Below are positions 37,478-47,367 of a stretch of 64,000 nucleotides of DNA, in pieces. The DNA is from a virus. A program made the position numbers and the translations under genes. Position 1 is the stretch's first letter; each line of letters opens with the position of its first letter. The notes under the pieces are model-generated. The model saw nothing but the letters and a program-made list of their open reading frames with translations. It made no database searches and was not told the DNA's origin. The DNA lies in IMG/VR virus record IMGVR_UViG_3300042399_001709, positions 16,784-80,783 of that record; one strand, written 5' to 3'.

Positions 37478-38130
37478 TTGTTAAGGATTTTTTGGAGATC
37501 ATGAGCAAACCGATCTCGAAGATATCGGTCAAAGGCAACTACGTCCTTGGTATAAATCTCTGGGCTATTGACCTCGATATACCCGGCATCATTCTGTGAC
37601 TTCCCAGCCAGTGGGTGCAGGTGCTCAATGATGACGTCGCTACGGTAAATGAGGTGGCCAAGATCCTGTCCAAGCGCCTTCCAAAAATTATCCATGTACA
37701 TATGGATAAGCTCCGGCGGCGCCATGTACCCAATAGCCCGAACGATTGATGCCGACATCATTACGGCGGTAGGAAGATTCTGACCCTGGAAAAGGTCGTT
37801 TCCGTATGCCACGCCGTCCCGGTCGCCAATTTCTTTTGCAAGCTCTGTGTCCCAGCCCTTGGTCATGGGCCGGTGATCGTCGCCCATAAATGCAAGGTAC
37901 TCATAGTCGTTGGCATGCTTGACGGCAAGAAGGTTCAGCGTTCCGCACATTCGCAGGCGCGGGTTCACAGACGCAAGGGCCATCACCTCGTCCGAGTACG
38001 GGGAGAAGTCGTCCTCGTCAATTCCGAACAAGATGTCGCAATCTTCAGACGTTTCACGAAATTGCTTTAGCAAAGCGTCGCACGATGCTGGCCGGTGCCT
38101 GGTCGGCACGATCAAGAGTGTCTTAGCCAT
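37474..38130 (-). CDS. glycosyltransferase family 2-like protein
   Basis: LLIVPTRHRP, FGIDEDD, FMGDDH, HMYMDN, IEHLHP. Confidence 0.75.
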   Translation of the reverse strand: MAKTLLIVPTRHRPASCDALLKQFRETSEDCDILFGIDEDDFSPYSDEVMALASVNPRLRMCGTLNLLAVKHANDYEYLAFMGDDHRPMTKGWDTELAKEIGDRDGVAYGNDLFQGQNLPTAVMMSASIVRAIGYMAPPELIHMYMDNFWKALGQDLGHLIYRSDVIIEHLHPLAGKSQNDAGYIEVNSPEIYTKDVVAFDRYLRDRFAHDLQKILNK

Positions 38131-38344
38131 TTTTCACCGCCGATTTCATGGTAATAAGCCACTGGGCCTCTTCTTCATTGAGTCTCACAAAATCCTCCGC
38201 TTGAATGTTTTCTGGAAAATGCACCGCGTATGGGTCGGTGTCGTTTGTCCACCTTGGAGAGTACGCCAAGGCAATGTTAAACGACGAAGACCATAGATAC
38301 CAAATTGCCGCAACTTTAGGGCTTGGTGGCGGTGTTTTGCTCAT
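38123..38344 (-). CDS. hypothetical protein
   Basis: ATG at 38344; overlaps the downstream start. Confidence 0.45.
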   Translation of the reverse strand: MSKTPPPSPKVAAIWYLWSSSFNIALAYSPRWTNDTDPYAVHFPENIQAEDFVRLNEEEAQWLITMKSAVKNG

Positions 38345-38475
38345 GGCAGGACTATAACACACCATGAGTAGATTTTCACAGGATTGCGCTTGTAACCAAG
38401 TCGCCACTATCTTGTGTTACTGCCCCTTTATCCGGGGAGTGGCGCCCCCTGGGCGCCTGGAAGAAAGGAGGCATT

Positions 38476-38700
38476 ATGGCAGGCAAAACGAACACAAAGC
38501 TTACGCTTAAGGCAACCCCAAAGCCGGCGCACCTGACTGGCATAGCTTGCTATACATGTTCCAATAACATTATGTCAAATGAGATAAGCACCTGGAAGCA
38601 CATCTGGTTCCCAGAAGGCGCAGCTAGGCGCTCAGTATTTCGACAGTATCACAAGAAGTGTGGCCCAACAATTTCCGCAGACGCAGGTAAAAAGAAATGA
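38476..38700 (+). CDS. small zinc-finger-like protein
   Basis: AAGGAGG SD; CYTC...HKKC. Confidence 0.6.
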   Translation: MAGKTNTKLTLKATPKPAHLTGIACYTCSNNIMSNEISTWKHIWFPEGAARRSVFRQYHKKCGPTISADAGKKK

Positions 38701-38859
38701 TCGACCTGCTCGCCCCGTTCCCCGAAGATGAGAACACTGAGGAAGAGTGCGGTGATTTATGCGGGGCTGCGCTTGCTGAGCGGGTATGTGACGCATGCGA
38801 TGAAACATTCGTTGCATGCTATGACCACGAAACCTATGTGATGCTTTGCGAGATCTGTC

Positions 38860-39318
38860 GTGAAGTCTAGAAAAAAGGATCGCAATGAAGAAATCGCACG
38901 TCTGTTCCTGGATGGCTACACGGCCAACGAAATCGGAAGGATGCATGGCATCAGCAAGCAGCGCGTCTCTTTTATCCTCCACAAGCTTGGCATCAGGGCT
39001 GAAGAGTCGTTTACAACAGTTACCCTTCCTGACCCCTACGTTGTTGCGTTGGATTTCGGGGATATTGCCAGTAGGGTGATGCTTGATTGGTCTGCCGCAA
39101 AAATATTGCCAAAGTTTGATTGCGTCATAACCTCAACCCCGGACACTGCTCATGTTGACTTGCGCCAATTTAGCAATCGAGAACACGTCTTGGCCTATGT
39201 TCCAAAGCTAGAAGGGGCAGAAATTCCAGGTAGGGAGATCCGTTCTAACTGGTTGATGTACGCCTACCCGCTTGAGGAGTCCCGGTTTAGTCCCTTTTCG
39301 CAGGCGGAACGTACTTAA
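38860..39318 (+). CDS. HTH protein (sigma region 4-like N-terminus)
   Basis: RNEEIARLFLDGYTANEIGRMHGISKQRVSFIL. Confidence 0.7.
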   Translation: MKSRKKDRNEEIARLFLDGYTANEIGRMHGISKQRVSFILHKLGIRAEESFTTVTLPDPYVVALDFGDIASRVMLDWSAAKILPKFDCVITSTPDTAHVDLRQFSNREHVLAYVPKLEGAEIPGREIRSNWLMYAYPLEESRFSPFSQAERT

Positions 39319-40099
39319 GCTTACTGACGGCAGCAGCATCAAACCGGTAGTCCAAAAATCCAGCGTGTCCGGTCCTGGCGTCAATCTTTGCCTTGACCTC
39401 GACCCCTGACTTTTTTGCCAGCCTGCAAAATGATACGTCTTCACCGGCGTATTGCGTGCACTTCACCCCATCAATGACAATCTGCTGATGCTCGTAGCGG
39501 AAAAATTGATGAATAGCCCTTTTGTCAAATTCAACCTTGTCTTCAGGGTTTGCTGCGATGATCTTCATAAGCGAAGCTCGTGATGCAAGCATTGCACCGG
39601 TGCCAATCCAGTCGACAGTCGCAAGCCCGTAGTCATCGGTGTGCATAATTCCGCTTTCTGGGATAGAGAAGTTTGCGTCAGACAAAATTGCCGGAATGTC
39701 TTTTGGGGCAAAGTCTGGGTTGTTTCGAACAGTTTCGGCAATCCGGTCCCATTTTGCAAACTTTTTGCAGCAAGGAAAGCCAACAATTGTGTTTTCAAGG
39801 TGCGGTAAGCACGCCAACACATCGCCTGGCTCGTAGTTAATGTCAGAGTCAACCATGAAGATCCAGTCTGCATCTGTCTCTAGGAAGCGATCCACAAGAT
39901 AGTTTCTTGCCGAGGGAAGAATCGAGTTGCCGGTAAGGAAGTCAACCTTGCAGTTGATCTTTTGCTGGAAAAGCGCAGACTTTAGATTGTCGTATGAGTG
40001 CATGTACTCCGACGAGACTCGGCCATCTAGCGTTGGCGTCGAGACCCAAAGCTTTGGGAACCTCTTTGTCGGCGCTGATTGAATCCTTGGCTCTGGCAT
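39287..40099 (-). CDS. GT-A-fold glycosyltransferase-like protein
   Basis: STPTLDG, ARNYLV, MVDSDI, GTGAML, GEDVSFC, GH. Confidence 0.75.
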   Translation of the reverse strand: MPEPRIQSAPTKRFPKLWVSTPTLDGRVSSEYMHSYDNLKSALFQQKINCKVDFLTGNSILPSARNYLVDRFLETDADWIFMVDSDINYEPGDVLACLPHLENTIVGFPCCKKFAKWDRIAETVRNNPDFAPKDIPAILSDANFSIPESGIMHTDDYGLATVDWIGTGAMLASRASLMKIIAANPEDKVEFDKRAIHQFFRYEHQQIVIDGVKCTQYAGEDVSFCRLAKKSGVEVKAKIDARTGHAGFLDYRFDAAAVSKLKYVPPAKRD

Positions 40100-40323
40100 T
40101 AGTTGGCCTTGCGCTTTGCGCCAATAGGTTCAGGCATCTTTCGCTTGTTCTCCTCTTCGTGCCACTTTGTATGCTCGCGCTGCAGGTTGATAAAGACGCC
40201 AATAGCTTCCCCCCACGCCCTGCGCTCGCCCTCCGCGACTTTCATTGCCATTCCCCCGGCAAGCAAAAGCGCGCTGATCAAAAACCCAACAACAAATCCA
40301 AGAAGCAATGCCGCAAAGTCCAT
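40099..40323 (-). CDS. small membrane protein
   Basis: N-terminal TM helix, GGAGA SD. Confidence 0.55.
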   Translation of the reverse strand: MDFAALLLGFVVGFLISALLLAGGMAMKVAEGERRAWGEAIGVFINLQREHTKWHEEENKRKMPEPIGAKRKAN

Positions 40324-40324
40324 G

Positions 40325-41143
40325 TTACTTTTCTCCTTCAAGCGCGTGTAGCGCAGCTAGATCGTACTTCAGCGCAAGTGAGGCGCTGTGCCGAGTATGG
40401 CCATCAACCTTGACCCACACTTCTCCACCGATTGCTCGGAACTCATCGCAGAAGTTGTAATCCTCTCCGATAAAATAATTTTCCCTCCGACCGTAGCGAA
40501 AATACTCAACAGTTCTTATCTGCTTTTCATCCATTAGCTCAATATACCATCGGTCCGGATAGGCCTTCTGGAAGCGTTCGAAGGCGCTTCTCTGGACAAT
40601 CATACACCCCGTTCCGGCATGTGTGGCACGCATTAAGCCAAGAGCTGCTTCTTGCTCGTTGGGCGCCGGTGCCGAATTGTCTAAGACAAAGTTTGGCCTA
40701 CCAAGCACGGCCTCAATGGCCTCCGCTGGAACCTCAGGGCGCTTTCTCACAAGATCTACTGCCCGGTCCCAACGAATTTGCCGCTTGATGCACGGCAATG
40801 CAACAATTTCTTTTCCTGCCGCAATGGCATACATCACGTCTTCCCAGTCAACCGTGATGTCGGCGTCAAGCATGAGGATGTGTGTTGCTGTGGACTCTTG
40901 CATGAACTTGGCAACGCATCGGTTTCGCGCTACCGGGAGCATTGAGCTGCCAACAACAAAACTCCAATGAAAATCAATCCCTACTTGGAGACACGCCCGT
41001 TGGATGCTCAACAGCGAATGCGTATAGCCGTGGTCCACCTTACCGTCGATGATCGGCGTAATGGCAATCAGTGAAATTTTCTCCGGCTGGGGGGCCGTAG
41101 TTTTCACAAAGCTTGCCGCTCGACGCTGCTTTTTCTTGCTCAT
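40325..41143 (-). CDS. GT-A-fold glycosyltransferase-like protein (paralogue of 39287-40099)
   Basis: ITPIIDG, ARNRCV, MLDADI, GTGCMI, GEDYNFC; start set at ATG 41143 after AAGGAG. Confidence 0.75.
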   Translation of the reverse strand: MSKKKQRRAASFVKTTAPQPEKISLIAITPIIDGKVDHGYTHSLLSIQRACLQVGIDFHWSFVVGSSMLPVARNRCVAKFMQESTATHILMLDADITVDWEDVMYAIAAGKEIVALPCIKRQIRWDRAVDLVRKRPEVPAEAIEAVLGRPNFVLDNSAPAPNEQEAALGLMRATHAGTGCMIVQRSAFERFQKAYPDRWYIELMDEKQIRTVEYFRYGRRENYFIGEDYNFCDEFRAIGGEVWVKVDGHTRHSASLALKYDLAALHALEGEK

Positions 41144-41302
41144 GGGTTCTCCTTCGTGGATGGAAGATACCACACTTTTTGCCCGTTTGGTGACGATTTT
41201 GGGGAAGGGGGGGAGAACCTTTAAGGAGAGGGGGGGATGGGGCTCCAGAGATCCGGGGGTCTGGGCTAATACTTCTTTTGTAGTTAGAACACAGAATTGA
41301 AC

Positions 41303-41331
41303 TTGACGGGAGTATCCGGGGGGCGTATGAT
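41303..41331 (+). promoter_or_regulatory. sigma70-type promoter
   Basis: TTGACG-17-TATGAT. Confidence 0.6.
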
Positions 41332-41364
41332 CGCAATCCTTCCTGGGGGGGATGGGGCGACGGA

Positions 41365-41757
41365 GTGACGGGGCGACGGGCTGATACCGGAGGTCGATTG
41401 ACTGGAAAAGATTTACAGCTGGTGAACGAGAAGGCAGAGTGCTTGCATTCGGCGGCAATCATTCTTGGGCCAGAGGGAACCAAGGCATACGGATTACCAA
41501 CAGATGTTGAAAAGTGCCTAGATTGTGGATGGCGGGCATTTGAGCAAGCTTGTGGTAAGCGGGTCGAGCTTCCAGCGGTGCAGATTGTTTGGTGGGAGAA
41601 GACCGAGAAGCGCGAAGCACATTGGATTGTTGAATGCTTTCCTGGAGATCTTGTCCCAGACGAAGCCAGCATCATTGGTCGCGGAGAAAATCCGGGCGAG
41701 GCAATGCACAACTTGGCTAAGGAGATTACTTCTTGTCTGAGGGGTCAGCGCCAATAA
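41365..41757 (+). CDS. hypothetical protein (start uncertain)
   Basis: ORF downstream of the promoter; GGAGG before a TTG near 41398. Confidence 0.5.
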   Translation: MTGRRADTGGRLTGKDLQLVNEKAECLHSAAIILGPEGTKAYGLPTDVEKCLDCGWRAFEQACGKRVELPAVQIVWWEKTEKREAHWIVECFPGDLVPDEASIIGRGENPGEAMHNLAKEITSCLRGQRQ

Positions 41758-41950
41758 CGAGGTGGGTTTCTTGCGGAATTTTTTCCTGCCAGGCCCAACC
41801 AGATCCCTTGTAGGTAATCTTCGGGGTGTTGAATACAACGCTCATCTCGCCGTTGCACACAAGGCATAGCTCCTTAGAGTCGTCGCTCATCTTGCGCACG
41901 GTCTCACGGACGATGTCGCACTTCTTGCACTTGTAGTCGTAAGCTGGCAT
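41726..41950 (-). CDS. FmdB-family zinc ribbon protein
   Basis: MPAYDYKCKKC...CLVC...ITYKGSGW. Confidence 0.8.
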   Translation of the reverse strand: MPAYDYKCKKCDIVRETVRKMSDDSKELCLVCNGEMSVVFNTPKITYKGSGWAWQEKIPQETHLVIGADPSDKK

Positions 41951-41961
41951 TCCTTCTCCTT

Positions 41962-42033
41962 TGGTGGAGCCGGGCGGGAGTTACACCCGCCGTTACCCTC
42001 AGGCATGATGACCTTTGGCGTTTACTCGGCCCC
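41962..42033 (-). ncRNA. 72-nt tRNA-like RNA with tmRNA/tRNA-Ala-type acceptor stem
   Basis: 5'-GGGGCCG pairs with CGGCTCC-ACCA (G3:U); T-arm-like GGCGGG-TGTAACT-CCCGCC; extended -10 TGnTATAGT just upstream; no canonical D or anticodon arm. Confidence 0.6.
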
Positions 42034-42049
42034 AGGGGACTATAACACG

Positions 42050-42421
42050 CTATAGCCCGAGCGTCACCTCTCCAGGCATTGCGTTGTCGCGGCGAGCCTG
42101 ATCTTCTTGGACCTTCCACTTCTTGGCAATCTTTCGGACAGCCCAAGAAGATCGAAGAAGGCTTCGGGCGCGCTCTCGTTGCATGTTCGACCACGCCTCA
42201 AGCTCCTCAGAGCTGGTGGCGAGGTAGATCCCGGCCGGGGCGTCGGATGCCGAACAAATCGGCTGCTCCCAAACATTCCGCAACTCTTCAACCGCCAGCT
42301 GGATTGCCCGGCTGTTCCACCGGGTGCGCTGGGAAAGGTCTTTATACGTAATGGCGTTCTTGCGGCCCACGCTAATCTGGGAAAGAATAAATACAAGCTC
42401 TGGGCCCATCTTGGTTTCCAT
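42050..42421 (-). CDS. winged-HTH protein
   Basis: GRKNAITYKDL...RAIQLAVEELR...PICS...GIYLAT. Confidence 0.7.
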   Translation of the reverse strand: METKMGPELVFILSQISVGRKNAITYKDLSQRTRWNSRAIQLAVEELRNVWEQPICSASDAPAGIYLATSSEELEAWSNMQRERARSLLRSSWAVRKIAKKWKVQEDQARRDNAMPGEVTLGL

Positions 42422-42489
42422 GCTAATCCTCCTTACTGGGTGATGCTCTTCAACTACACAATACTACGCTCATCCTAGCAAGGCGTCAA

Positions 42490-43188
42490 CTAGGGGATAA
42501 AGCGAACCTCAATGGTGTTCTTAAATCCTGGGGTTGTGTTGGCGTACGGCCATCCAGGAATCTTCTCGTTCTTGTACGCCCCCAGGGCCGCCCACACTTG
42601 TGGGCTCAGGTCGATCAGGCTGTCGTCTCGCGTGCCTTGCTTCCTGTCTGCACCGTGGCAGGCGCAATAGTCGGCGATCCAGACCTCAACGGACTTACCT
42701 GTGTGCGTTGAGACGATAAGTAATTTTTGGGTAGGGATTGTGTGCCACGATGGAATATTGAGGTGCTCGCGCAATCGCGGACCAAGCGCGGCGTACATGT
42801 TCTTCAAGGTAGTCTTCCATGGGCGCACGTTTGCATACCAGCCACCCATGTTGCGGCGATAGCACTTCCACTCTGGGCGGGCAGCGCACTCTTTCTTGTT
42901 TGCATACACCCACGTCTTTGGGGAGTCGTACCAAGAGCGAGCATGCTGGTAGGCGTCATAGCGAGTCCCGAAGCCGTTTACCCGGATAGCATTGTCCCAC
43001 TTCTGGTCCCAGCTTTGAGGTCTGCTGGTGGGAACGGCTGGCTGGTCGGCAAAAACCTCTCTCGGTGGCTCCTGGACGGGTTCTGGCGGATTCCAGAAGC
43101 CCATTGGGAAGAGGAGGCCCGTAGCCACGGCCAACGCAACGAGCACTGTCCAAAATCGTCGGTGAGCCCTGTGTGCCGGTAGCTTCAT
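42490..43188 (-). CDS. membrane-anchored RlpA/expansin-like double-psi beta-barrel protein
   Basis: N-terminal TM; TGKSVEVWIADYCAC...LIDLSPQVWAALG. Confidence 0.65.
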   Translation of the reverse strand: MKLPAHRAHRRFWTVLVALAVATGLLFPMGFWNPPEPVQEPPREVFADQPAVPTSRPQSWDQKWDNAIRVNGFGTRYDAYQHARSWYDSPKTWVYANKKECAARPEWKCYRRNMGGWYANVRPWKTTLKNMYAALGPRLREHLNIPSWHTIPTQKLLIVSTHTGKSVEVWIADYCACHGADRKQGTRDDSLIDLSPQVWAALGAYKNEKIPGWPYANTTPGFKNTIEVRFIP

Positions 43189-43357
43189 AGGTACCTCCCT
43201 TCGACAAGCCTAGCACCCTTCCGGGCTCTTGTCTAGATGATACCAGACTTCATTAGTATTTTTGTTACATAGAAAACAGCGCCCCGTTGTTTGGCGCGAG
43301 TTCCTCAGGTAGGATGCAAACGCGGCACTTGCCAGCAAAAATCACCCTGGAGGAAGC

Positions 43358-43813
43358 ATGGAAATCAGCATTGAACCGGTAGATAAGCTCGCGCTTCACC
43401 CGGAGAACGCTCGAGAGGGTGATATTGGGGCTATTGTTACCAGTATTAAGAAGAATGGGTGGTTCGGCACCATTGTGGCCCAGACTTCTACCGGGTACGT
43501 GCTTGTTGGCAATCACCGGCTCCAGGCCGCTCGCATCTGCGGCATCAAGGAAGTTCCGGTGTTCTGGGTTGACTGCGATAACGAGCGGGCAAAAGCAATT
43601 TTGCTTGCGGACAATAAAACCTCTGAGCTTGCGAGCTGGAATGACCATGCGCTTCTTGAGCTGCTCCAAGAGGCAGACGCTAACGACTACCTTCTTGACA
43701 CTGCATTTGACCAGGATGATATCCAAAAGCTCCTAGCAAAACTAAACGGCTCGGAGTCTGACGATGGGGAAGTTTGTCCAACGTGCGGTTCAAAGCGCAA
43801 AAAGGGCCGATAA
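43358..43813 (+). CDS. ParB N-terminal-like protein
   Basis: HPENAR...SIKKNGW...VGNHRLQAA...LADNKTSELASW. Confidence 0.85.
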   Translation: MEISIEPVDKLALHPENAREGDIGAIVTSIKKNGWFGTIVAQTSTGYVLVGNHRLQAARICGIKEVPVFWVDCDNERAKAILLADNKTSELASWNDHALLELLQEADANDYLLDTAFDQDDIQKLLAKLNGSESDDGEVCPTCGSKRKKGR

Positions 43814-44251
43814 ATGAAGTGGTACGCCGATCTTCCTTTTGAGCTCGTTGTCCCGGTCACTATGCCGAAGTCAGAGCTACCCAAGTGGAGAGAGGCCATT
43901 GAGGTCATTGCAGATTCCTGCAAGACATTTAAGTCAGGCGTGCAGCTGGTTCGATTGCACCATCACGAAAGAGAACGCAAAACATACGGGTATCATCACC
44001 CTATGGGCATATCTATCTCCGAAGAACACGAGATTATTCTTTGCGCCAAAGACATTGACACGGCCATCCACGAGGCGGCCCACGTAAAGTCCAATGAGAA
44101 CCACACGCCAAAATGGGCAAGGATCTATGTGAAGATGGCTCGGCACTACATGACGGATGAGTTTTTACGCACGTCTATGAAGAACGCTTGCAAACATTAT
44201 CGGCCAGTCCGGCCACTTGTTCGCAAGCTCGGGATCTTAGCGCAAGGCTGA
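43814..44251 (+). CDS. small zincin (SprT-like)
   Basis: IHEAAH...H..KW. Confidence 0.65.
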   Translation: MKWYADLPFELVVPVTMPKSELPKWREAIEVIADSCKTFKSGVQLVRLHHHERERKTYGYHHPMGISISEEHEIILCAKDIDTAIHEAAHVKSNENHTPKWARIYVKMARHYMTDEFLRTSMKNACKHYRPVRPLVRKLGILAQG

Positions 44252-44385
44252 GATAATCGCCTCAATGCATTGATAGCAGATCGCGTGTTCTTTTCCCCGA
44301 ACTGGCTCCCCGTATTCCCACACACGTGAGACCGTTCCGCAGTGATTGCAAATGCCAAGTGGACCGGTGCCGCGCAGCACTCGAG

Positions 44386-44811
44386 CTACCACGGGGTGGC
44401 CTCAGCTGCAAACTCGGGGCTGGCAGACTCGTCATACTGCCACGGGAACGTCTCTGCGCCGATAACGTATCGTCCGCAGCAAGGCGTTTGGACGCACTGC
44501 TCAAACGCGAGCTCAGACGCCGTCTCTGACAAGCGGATAATCCAAAAGCTCTTCTCGTGGACGTCCTCAACGATCAAAGTCCCGTTAGGCCAGAAGGTCA
44601 TTGCCTGCTTGGCTAGCCACGCGCCGATCCTTCGAACAGCAACGTCGCTAAACGAGCAGACGCGGAAACCGTCAGAGTCCGGCTCACGAAGCTCACGGGC
44701 GTAAAAGATTGGAGCCTTTGCATGTAGGGTTACAAATGCCGCCTGGCTCGTCTCTGGGTCGCAAAAGTCGCAGACAATCTGCTGCTCTGGAATATTAATA
44801 TCGTCAGTCAT
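44386..44811 (-). CDS. hypothetical protein, paralogue of 47934-48356
   Basis: CDFCDPETS ... TPCCGRYVIGA; AAGGAG SD. Confidence 0.6.
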   Translation of the reverse strand: MTDDINIPEQQIVCDFCDPETSQAAFVTLHAKAPIFYARELREPDSDGFRVCSFSDVAVRRIGAWLAKQAMTFWPNGTLIVEDVHEKSFWIIRLSETASELAFEQCVQTPCCGRYVIGAETFPWQYDESASPEFAAEATPW

Positions 44812-45097
44812 TCTTGCTCCTTGCATCATCGAGTCCGGCAATGTATGCCCAGATCAGGTTGTAAAACTCGCGCTTGCTCGTTGTCTGAAGCTTTAACACA
44901 GACCGGTGACCACCACGGTCATTGGTTGTGCAGACCAACTTTAAGCCCGCATCGTACCAAGAGTGGTAGAAACCAACCTTTGATACCTGCTTGCCGTCGA
45001 TGTTTTCCCAGAGCTTTGTGCCCGGCGGGAACCCTGCCCGGCGGTTCAGGGCGTCAATGGCGTCCTGAATATCCTTCTTGGTAAAGGTATAGCTCAC
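44804..45097 (-). CDS. hypothetical protein
   Basis: Overlapping operon arrangement. Confidence 0.55.
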   Translation of the reverse strand: MSYTFTKKDIQDAIDALNRRAGFPPGTKLWENIDGKQVSKVGFYHSWYDAGLKLVCTTNDRGGHRSVLKLQTTSKREFYNLIWAYIAGLDDARSKND

Positions 45098-45512
45098 TTC
45101 TTCCCCTTCTTGGCAAAGGCCGTTCGGGCCTCAGGGCTCTGTGATCGCAAAAACCGGCGGTACTGCGAAATGCCGGTGACGACCATGGCCAGTACGAAAA
45201 TACCCAAATAGATCAAACCCATAACAACTCCTTGCTAACGCAATCCAACGGCTGAAACCAGCAACCAGATTAACCCACCGACCAAAGCGGTGATAGTCAG
45301 ATCATACACCCTCTCACTCATCGTCGCATCCTCCGGCGCACCAGTCGCTGCCGCACCCGGGGCATAGCCCCTGCTCACGCGCAGACTGCTGCAGCTCGTA
45401 GACGTTTACCTTTACTTCGTCAAGGAATGCATTACAGCAACTACAGGCAGAGTACACGGTCGCCCCGGCGCTATCTTCGCAGTCAACGTGAATGTGGCCC
45501 TCGATGTGGTTG

Positions 45513-45851
45513 CTATGCGCCATGAATTTCCGCCGCAAAGATCTTTACCTTCAGCCGTGCCGCCCTGGCAACAACATATCCGGTCGCTCGTTCTGCGGTA
45601 TCGTGAAGCTCAATCACATCATTCTGCAGCAGGAACGCAACAAACGGCTCGTTTTCGCTCCAGTGCTTCAGCCAAAACCATCCAGCCGGGGGGCTTTCAT
45701 CCAGCTCGGCACTTAACCGGCAATACGGCTCATGTGTTTGAGCAACCTCTCCAGAGCACTTGCTGGCCCACTGGTGCAGCCGGATCATATCGCCATTGTA
45801 CTCAACGGTTCGAAAGATTTCCGGAGGAAGCTCAGAAAGCCTGTCTAGCAT
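45513..45851 (-). CDS. hypothetical protein
   Basis: FWLKHWSENE motif; ATG at 45851. Confidence 0.5.
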   Translation of the reverse strand: MLDRLSELPPEIFRTVEYNGDMIRLHQWASKCSGEVAQTHEPYCRLSAELDESPPAGWFWLKHWSENEPFVAFLLQNDVIELHDTAERATGYVVARAARLKVKIFAAEIHGA

Positions 45852-46513
45852 TCCAATCACCCTAGATTCCCTCGTGTTCACAGCAATTCCCCTCAGAGCA
45901 GCCAACGCATGCGCACACATCGCATGGAGCAAATGCCGGGGGCTCAATCCGTACGGGCTCTTCAATAAAGGCCAGGCTCATAACTCGTCGCCACTCGTGG
46001 TGGTCTGAGTTAAAGCAGTTGAACCCGTCTGAGTTTCCGCACTCACACATGGCGCTACTGCTAAACCAAAGCGCTTCTCCCGGCCCAAGAAGGCCGACGC
46101 GGTACTGGTACCAAGCTGCCTCTAGGCTAAGAGTAGAGATGCTATCCCTTTTTGCCACGCTTTTCCTCCCAGTTTTTGTTAAACCCCTCACGGAAGAAAT
46201 GATCTGCCGTGTGATCAACCATTGCTACAATACCAAAGATTTGGAAAACTGCTGCCACTAGCCAGCCAAACCAATATTCGTGCGTGATTGCGTGCCAGAA
46301 TATTACATTCCCGAAGATAACAAATACAAACCATTGGGCAAGGCCTGCTGCAAACATCTTATCCCCGCCGAGTGTCGGCATAGAGGGTTGCAATGCCAAA
46401 CAGGAAAAACAAACCGGCGATAACAATGTTGATCGGCTCCTTAGAGAGAACGCCGCTAATCATGAGAAGGGCGCCCCCTCCAACAATTACCAAGTCCTGC
46501 ATGATGTTGTACT

Positions 46514-46840
46514 TCATTCTTGTCCAGCCTCCTCGATATAATGTTTTGCAATCTCATACCACTCAACCTTTGGCAAGTAGCTATGGTAGATGGCATCCGC
46601 CACAGGCCCCTTGATGTCATCCTTGTTGAGGTGACCAAGATACACCTCTTCGGCAAAGTCGCGCAACCAGCTTGCCAACGATGACGTTGCTTCGTGCACA
46701 TTGACCACTTCATCGTCGGTAAAGTCAGCAATTTCTTCCCGGGCCTGAAGCAAGATGTGCTCTCCGTCGTGGTCTTCACCAATCCAGAGCGCCATGTTCC
46801 AAGTTTCCCAGTTAGCCCAACCGTTGTATTCGCTACACAT
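46514..46840 (-). CDS. conserved phage early protein
   Basis: YNGWANWETWNMALW...VEWYEIA. Confidence 0.7.
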   Translation of the reverse strand: MCSEYNGWANWETWNMALWIGEDHDGEHILLQAREEIADFTDDEVVNVHEATSSLASWLRDFAEEVYLGHLNKDDIKGPVADAIYHSYLPKVEWYEIAKHYIEEAGQE

Positions 46841-47023
46841 CGTATCCCTACTTTTCTGCGAGCCAGCAAAGCTCGCAATCCTTGGTGCCCGGAAGATAAA
46901 AGTCTTCACACCTATGCTCTTGCACCGCATTGTTAAAACAATCGTTGCAGTGCCAGGCAAATGACTCACTACTAAACACTTTCGGGTCATGTTGGTAGCA
47001 AGGGTTAAAAACTACTTCTACCA

Positions 47024-47350
47024 TTATACCTTTACGCGCTGCCGGGCAATGTACGCCGCCTGGCGCTTGTTTGATGTCGGGTCAACCTGATACCGATGCC
47101 ATTCCAGCACAGCAACGCCCCCAATCTCGTCTAGGCCCAGCAGCCCCTTCGCCACGAGCCCGTCAATCGCCTTGCTGTAGCGACTGCCAATGCACGCCTT
47201 GAGGTGGTTCCGGCTCTTAAAGAGGCCGCCACTGCGGATCTGCTTTGCCTCACTAATCGCCGTGATAAAGGCGCGGAACTCCGTGTCGGTCAGCGACGCA
47301 ATCTTGTCGTCCTTATGGGCATTAGCGTCCCACTTGATCCAGAGCCCCAC
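47024..47350 (-). CDS. protein resembling phage replication-initiator N-terminal domains
   Basis: WIKWD...DDKIASLTDTEFR...W..YQ...RQ; GGAGG SD. Confidence 0.5.
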   Translation of the reverse strand: MGLWIKWDANAHKDDKIASLTDTEFRAFITAISEAKQIRSGGLFKSRNHLKACIGSRYSKAIDGLVAKGLLGLDEIGGVAVLEWHRYQVDPTSNKRQAAYIARQRVKV

Positions 47351-47367
47351 GTTACCTCCCCTCCCCA

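Noticed and set aside
41144-41458. N-terminal extension of ORF 40325-41458 and a G-rich tract at 41200-41242
   Set aside because: An SD and paralogue alignment support the start at 41143; the extension spans a divergent promoter; the G-tract is a single instance with no further support
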